From: Octopus bimaculoides
Taxonomy: Eukaryota
Length of the DNA: 52,585 nucleotides
Direction: 5' to 3'
Assembly (NCBI RefSeq): GCF_001194135.2
Contig: NC_068984.1
Location: 6,449,465 to 6,502,049, forward strand
The translations under genes were made by a program, and so were the position numbers. The notes beneath the pieces are model-generated. The model had not been told where the DNA came from. It saw only the letters and a program-made list of their open reading frames with translations, and ran no database searches. Below, one piece after another: positions 51,980 through 52,585 of the stretch (positions are counted from its first letter, which is position 1; every line of letters starts with the position of its first letter).

Positions 51980-52301
51980 TAATGTTAATTCTTCATCTAA
52001 CTCGGAAACTTGCATGCGGTTGGAAGTGGAGCCTATACTCGATTGTGGAAAATATGCAGTAAGTATACCCCTCTGTGACTTTGAATACGCGTTGTGTATT
52101 CTGTCAGTACTTGTGTGCCTACCTGGAATGACAAATCCGTATTTTTTTTAGTGCACGTATATGTCAGTGCACGTTACAAGCACCGTGGTACGTTACCCAC
52201 CGACTCTACCTTAGTGCTGTTACTATTTAAATACACCATTCAATCGGATCTGGAAAATTTTATTATATATAAACCGCCCCCCCCCCCACACACACACGCA
52301 G

Positions 52302-52428
52302 AGGACGGGTTTCTTTCAGTTTCTATCTGCCAAATCCCCTCACAAGGTTTTGGCCGATCCCCATGGAGCCACACTGAACCCGGAACCATCCGGTTGCGAA
52401 GCGAACTCAATACACAGTAACGCCTGCG
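52302..52428 (-). mobile_element. SINE family A head with an internal deletion
   Basis: ACGGGTTTCTTTCAGTTTCTATCTGCCAAATCCCCTCACAAGG..CACTGAACCCGGAACCA is the reverse complement of the head. Confidence 0.75.
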
Positions 52429-52585
52429 TCAATACGTGCTTTCTTTAGTGGAGACTGCTAAAACAGAATACGAGAGAGGGATGGCTATTATTTCTAGCAA
52501 CCACATAGACAACTCCTTGTTGGATTGCAGTGGCTGGTGTATTTAGAAGTCAGTGGTGGCGACAGTGGCTAGAGGCAGATTAAAT

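Overview
AT-rich, gap-ridden eukaryotic scaffold, probably a cephalopod (Octopus-like), inferred from the SINE families and the extreme (TA)n/(TG)n microsatellite load. No intact protein-coding gene can be supported; nearly all ORF-track entries are microsatellite or N-gap artefacts. The left ~35 kb looks CpG-poor, with decayed repeats and several long hairpins, including a ~1.4 kb nested foldback at 12.8-14.2 kb. It reads like the interior of a methylated gene whose exons I cannot identify. The right ~17 kb is CpG-richer and is a transposon pile-up: tRNA-derived SINEs, R4/Dong-like, HERO-like and Tx1/L1-like LINE remnants, and Tc1- and hAT-type MITE ends. The most notable elements are (i) two short palindromic insertions, each carrying two outward-facing minimal type-I hammerhead ribozyme motifs and flanked by 12-14 bp target-site duplications (Penelope-like), and (ii) an inverted pair of tRNA-like Pol III units at 48.4-49.0 kb.
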